The position numbers and the translations under genes are program-made. Shown piece by piece: positions 59,406 to 64,000 of a stretch of 64,000 nt of DNA. Within the stretch, counting starts at the first letter, position 1. Every line of letters starts with the position of its first letter. The stretch comes from Chrysomallon squamiferum (lineage: Eukaryota; Animalia; Mollusca). Location: assembly GCA_012295275.1 (NCBI GenBank), contig CM022671.1:34162001-34226000 (forward strand), given 5' to 3'. The notes beneath the pieces were generated by a model. It was not told where the DNA came from. It saw only the letters and a list, made by a program, of their open reading frames with translations, and ran no database searches.

Positions 59406-59733
59406 TATTTTCTCTTACTGGCCAGGAATGAGTTAATTCCTTAGCGGTTGTAAAATATCTGTTAGTCTTGTTATTGCCATTAAAGAAACATTTCAGAAAT
59501 TTTTTGTCGATAACAAACAAAACAGATATAATGGCAGCCGTAGAGATTTTGCTTTGTCAGTTGTCTAGAAGGCAATAAAAATGCTATGAAAATATGAGAG
59601 AAAAGAAAAATCATTGTTTTGTCTGTAAGCGATTAACCAATAAAAATATACATGCTAACTTGGTGTTTTCTATCAACACCTACATCTTGAATGTAACTTA
59701 AAACTGACTTAATTTCTCAGTATATAGAGCATT

Positions 59734-59824
<91 letters not shown>

Positions 59825-60492
59825 ACATTAAATTACATGCATATATAAAAGACAAAAAAGAGAGTAAAATTTTTAATATTAAAAATCAACAATAACAACA
59901 GTAGCACTAAGTAATTATCATCATTGAATGAATTAACAATATGTTATCAGATCTGATCATGATGATGATAATCAAAGAAAATTGTATGTAAAAATGAAAT
60001 ATTATTGTGTGGATGTAGATAATAACGTTAATAATATAAACTCTTAAAAACAACGCAATTTTTCACTTTCAGTTTACAGTTCATTCATCACACACAGACA
60101 TAATTACAGACATCGGACTTTCGTTTATTTAAGAATTTAAATTTAAAAGAAAATTAATTAAACTTCAAGTAACTTAAGTAATATAATAGTAATGTTGTAA
60201 ATCATTTTAAATCACTCTTATCAAATGGATTAGTTACTGACTGTCAATATTTATAAATTTTTGAGTCATTATATCTCTTTGTTTTAAGTCATTTATCGTC
60301 ACAATATTAAAATTTTTATGTAACTAATGCTCAGTTTAAAATCTGTAATAAAACCCAGTTTAAATATTTAAATCACTAATGCTCAGTCTAGATCTTTATT
60401 TCACTGATGTTCAGTTAAAAGTATTTATTGTTTCAAGTTCTTAAATCAGTAATATACACCAACAGATTAAAATCTTTAAGGTACTTTTGCAC

Positions 60493-61670
60493 TCAGTGTT
60501 TTACATCTTTAATCGTGACTAACACACACCTCGATCCGCATTTTAAAACTGGCATAGGAACCAACATAACATGCTTGCCGTTTTTGTACTCGTTTTCTTT
60601 AACGTCAGAGTTCGACGACGAGTTTTGAGCGCACGTACCTCCAGCCCCGATCAGAGAGCGACACACGTGAGTCCTGAACCTCCTGCTGGTCAGACAGTAA
60701 ATGATCATGTTGCAGGCGTGATGGGAGAGCCCGATCTCCTTGATGATAGTCCTCGCCATGTAGTAAGAAAAATAACTCTGCCAAACGGGATCCCGACCTA
60801 TTTCGTCCATCGTCAGGTCGGGTCCGAGAGTAATCCCTGTCTGAAGAGTGAAGGTGATTGTCACCGGGAGCGTGGTGAATATGAGAAAGAAAGACACCCA
60901 CAGTAAAGTGATCGTGATGGGTTTGTACCGGAGTGAGGACGCCCCGGCTCCGCTTTCACCCATCTTCAGCTGCTCGAAGTAACGCACTTTCTTAACCACA
61001 CAGATGTTGAGGAACAGGACGATGATCGGAATGGCTCCGAACATGATCATCTCCGAGCCCCACGTCCAGATGGAGTAGAAGGATTTCTCTCGCTTGATCA
61101 GCTCGGACATGCGCAGCTGACACTCGCCTTTGCCCGTCATGTCCCAGAAATAGAGCTGAGGCGTCGCCAAGAGCAAACAGAGAAGAACTATAGCCGCGAT
61201 CACACGCAACGATCTGCTGGACGTGCTGAACCTCTCCGATCTGAACGGGTGACAGATTGACAAGAATCGCTCGAACGTGAAGGCGAAGACCAAGAGGACG
61301 CTGACGTATCCCGCCGCCATGTACAGCATGTTCCAGATCTGACACCAGCCCTGAGGTTGAGGGTTCCGAGCAGCCACGGATTCTGTAGCTCGTAGAACAG
61401 GTGCAGAGTGAGAAACACCAAATCAGTGACTGCTAGGGACGCCAGGTAGTACGCTGCGTTGTTGCATTTGCGGAGACGTTTGTTGAGCCACATGCACGCC
61501 GACGTGACGTTGCCGATGACGCCGAAGACGTACCATATCGGCGTGATGATTTTGTTGATGCTGAGAGAGAGGGGTACGTGATACTCCAAGATTTGCAGAA
61601 GTACTGTGAGGTCTGTAACTTGTATCACGGGATCATCAGTCGTAGCTCTGGATGATATGTTAAACATCAT
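60493..61670 (-). CDS. Class A (rhodopsin-like) peptide GPCR, FMRFamide-receptor-like, single coding exon, ~392 aa after a 1-nt correction at ~61349-61351
   Basis: ORF 61200-61670 gives the N-terminus (NIS sequon), TM1 GVIGN and TM2 YLASLAVTD. ORF 60493-61377 gives the ECL1 Cys (GWCQI), TM3 FTFERFLSICHPF, TM4-TM6, and TM7 ACNMIIYCLTSRRFR. One added base at CTC AGG GCT restores ...TLNL(R/Q)GWCQ. A splice acceptor TACTTTCAG directly precedes the ATG at 61670, implying a 5'UTR intron. Confidence 0.88.
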
Positions 61671-61917
61671 CTGAAAGTAGGTTGACGTACAATTAAATAA
61701 TCACCGGAGAGACAATTACTGATGGTAAAATTAGCAGAAAATAACAGCGTATATGAAATAATTTGTGCAAGTTTAATTAAGAAAATTTACTTAATTAATA
61801 AGGAAGAGTTAATACAAATTTCAGAAAGAAACAAAAATGAGAAAGAAACAAAAGGGGGGAAAAATCTGAATTTTCTTTTAAAAAATAAATGTAATAATAA
61901 AAATCAGATAATAACAG

Positions 61918-61957
<40 letters not shown>

Positions 61958-64000
61958 ATAAATAAACATGCTACATAAAAGAAAGGAAGACAATTAAGAA
62001 ATGAAACTCAAAATAAATGACCAAATAAAACAACAGTAATAAGGAAGCATTGACTAAAATTAACAAGTAAAGCTCATCACCAAACATCTCCACAGAACAA
62101 CAACAACAGCAACAACACGAAAACAAAGCCCCGAATCCTCCAATAAACTTATTCCAAATCCATCAAAATCCCGAACAAAAAATACCAAAACTAAAACAAA
62201 CAAAAACAACAACCTCCAAGAAGCATACACCTCAATAAAAAAAATATATATTTATTTATATATATATATATATTAAAAAATAAAATAAAATACTTACATA
62301 AAAAATAAAATGAAATAATAATATAAAAATTATATATATTTAAAAAATAAAATATACATATATATATATATTAATAAACAAAAACAAACAACAAAAAAAA
62401 CAAAACAATAAGCAGCTGGATAAACTGAAATCCAATACGAGTAACAGACGTGAAACTGTATTAACAAACTTCAGCTTCATCAGTCCCACTTGGCATGCAG
62501 TGATACTTGACACTCTCCCGCGTGTCAAAAAACCCTTTCAGTCAACAACACTGCAGTTAACTCGACCACCGCAGCCACTACATCATCACAACTTCTACTA
62601 CAAACACTCCACAGAGTATAACGAAACGTCAGCCCACTGATGGACATAAGCATGACGTGCTGATCGCAGTTTTCGCCATTTCACAATATAACCTCTCAGC
62701 CCTGCGTCAACGAATTAATGTTACGGTCGGCTCATACTAAATGATAATGTTAGGAAATTCGATTGTTTGTAAGAGCCAAGGTTAATTGCGGCTTTTTCCC
62801 TTTGTCCTTTGTTTGTTGCTTATGTATGTGATGGGATTTTTCTGTTTTTGGACTCTGTCTTTGTATTAGTGAAATTAGAGGAAAAAAAAAAAAAAATAAA
62901 AAAAACCCACCACAACTTTATCCTCAGACACATCTTTTTTGCGACTGGTTAGAGAGGTTTGAAGGTTTATTACTTAACTGACAGGATTCTGAATAAGGCA
63001 ATAAACAGGTGATAGTGTAAATTAACCTTTTCTATCAGTCAAACGATCAGTGAGCTTATCGATCAGATCACTGGATTTATCATTCACTGAATCACTTTGT
63101 GAGCGTCACCAAATGTGGAGTAATAATAATGTACGTAATATAGCGAACAAACTCGAACATTAGAGACATTTATGACTAAGCATTTAAGAAATATTCCATC
63201 GATCATTCGACCATTTAACTATCCACTTAATCTAAACACGAGCTCAACCATTCAATCATTTATCCATTCATTCATGCATGAATGCATCCATCCATCCATC
63301 CGTCCATTCATTCATCATCAAAAGCACCTAACTATTTATTTTTCATTCTTTGAATCTATCATTCTGGCCACTTGCCAGCTTGGCTGGACGTCCTATAAAA
63401 CTGTCTTTCCTATCCATAACAGTTCCCATCCATTAACCCAGGTAGTGATTAAGAAACACCTTACAAATAACAGCAGAACACAAGCTAAGCTGTCGTTGGT
63501 GCATTGTTGATCGAACGAGAAGTGAAGAATTCAAGGCACACTGAAAACCGTCTCAGAAACCTTACAACTGTGTAATATAAATCGGTGTGAAAACACAGAC
63601 GTCTTGACCTCCGAGAATAACAGGAACTACTCGCCACAGTAAGAAAACAAGAGAAAAACACAACAGTGATTGTAGAGAGATAACAGTCGCAGGACTCGAG
63701 ATCCATGATATTACGCAGTGTCATGTCGTAATGTTTAATACGGCTTTGATTTTACAAGGACTTGAAACTTGCTTGTCCTCCAAGAAGACAGCAAGTTAAA
63801 ATCAAAACAATACGACTGAAATCATGTCGATGTTGATATGAAAACGTTTTCTTTTCTTTTTTTTAAACATTTTATCATGAGCATCATTTGCCGATAAAAT
63901 ACTGATTGTAATAATTTGACGGAATTTTAGCCTGCACATACCAAACATTTCTTCTATAATTTGTTATTTTTTCACACTTTTCTTTTTCTTTTGTTGTTGA

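Overview
AT-rich, microsatellite-dense eukaryotic (metazoan) genomic DNA. The gene families and SINE remnants suggest a mollusc, probably a gastropod; this is inference. Nearly all entries in the ORF track are simple-repeat artefacts. Five protein-coding genes are supported. (1) A FoxQ2-class forkhead gene (-, 17590-18881) with a 1-nt frameshift in a C7 run. (2) A 7-exon type I membrane protein with two tandem CUB-like domains (+, 26954-34161), rebuilt from splice signals and seen only as fragments in the ORF track. (3) An arrestin-domain protein with a single-exon CDS (+, 39922-40941). (4) A 6-exon secreted lipocalin of RBP/ApoD type with an 18-nt microexon (-, 50972-56761). (5) An FMRFamide-receptor-like class A GPCR (-, 60493-61670) with a 1-nt frameshift in a G run. 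Also present are an ~510-bp inverted-repeat (MITE-like) element, tRNA-derived SINE remnants, minisatellites and small duplications. I see no CRISPR array, prokaryotic system or demonstrably new multi-gene system. The most novel object is the orphan CUB-like receptor with an Asp in its transmembrane helix. Both frameshifts are most simply explained as homopolymer assembly errors.
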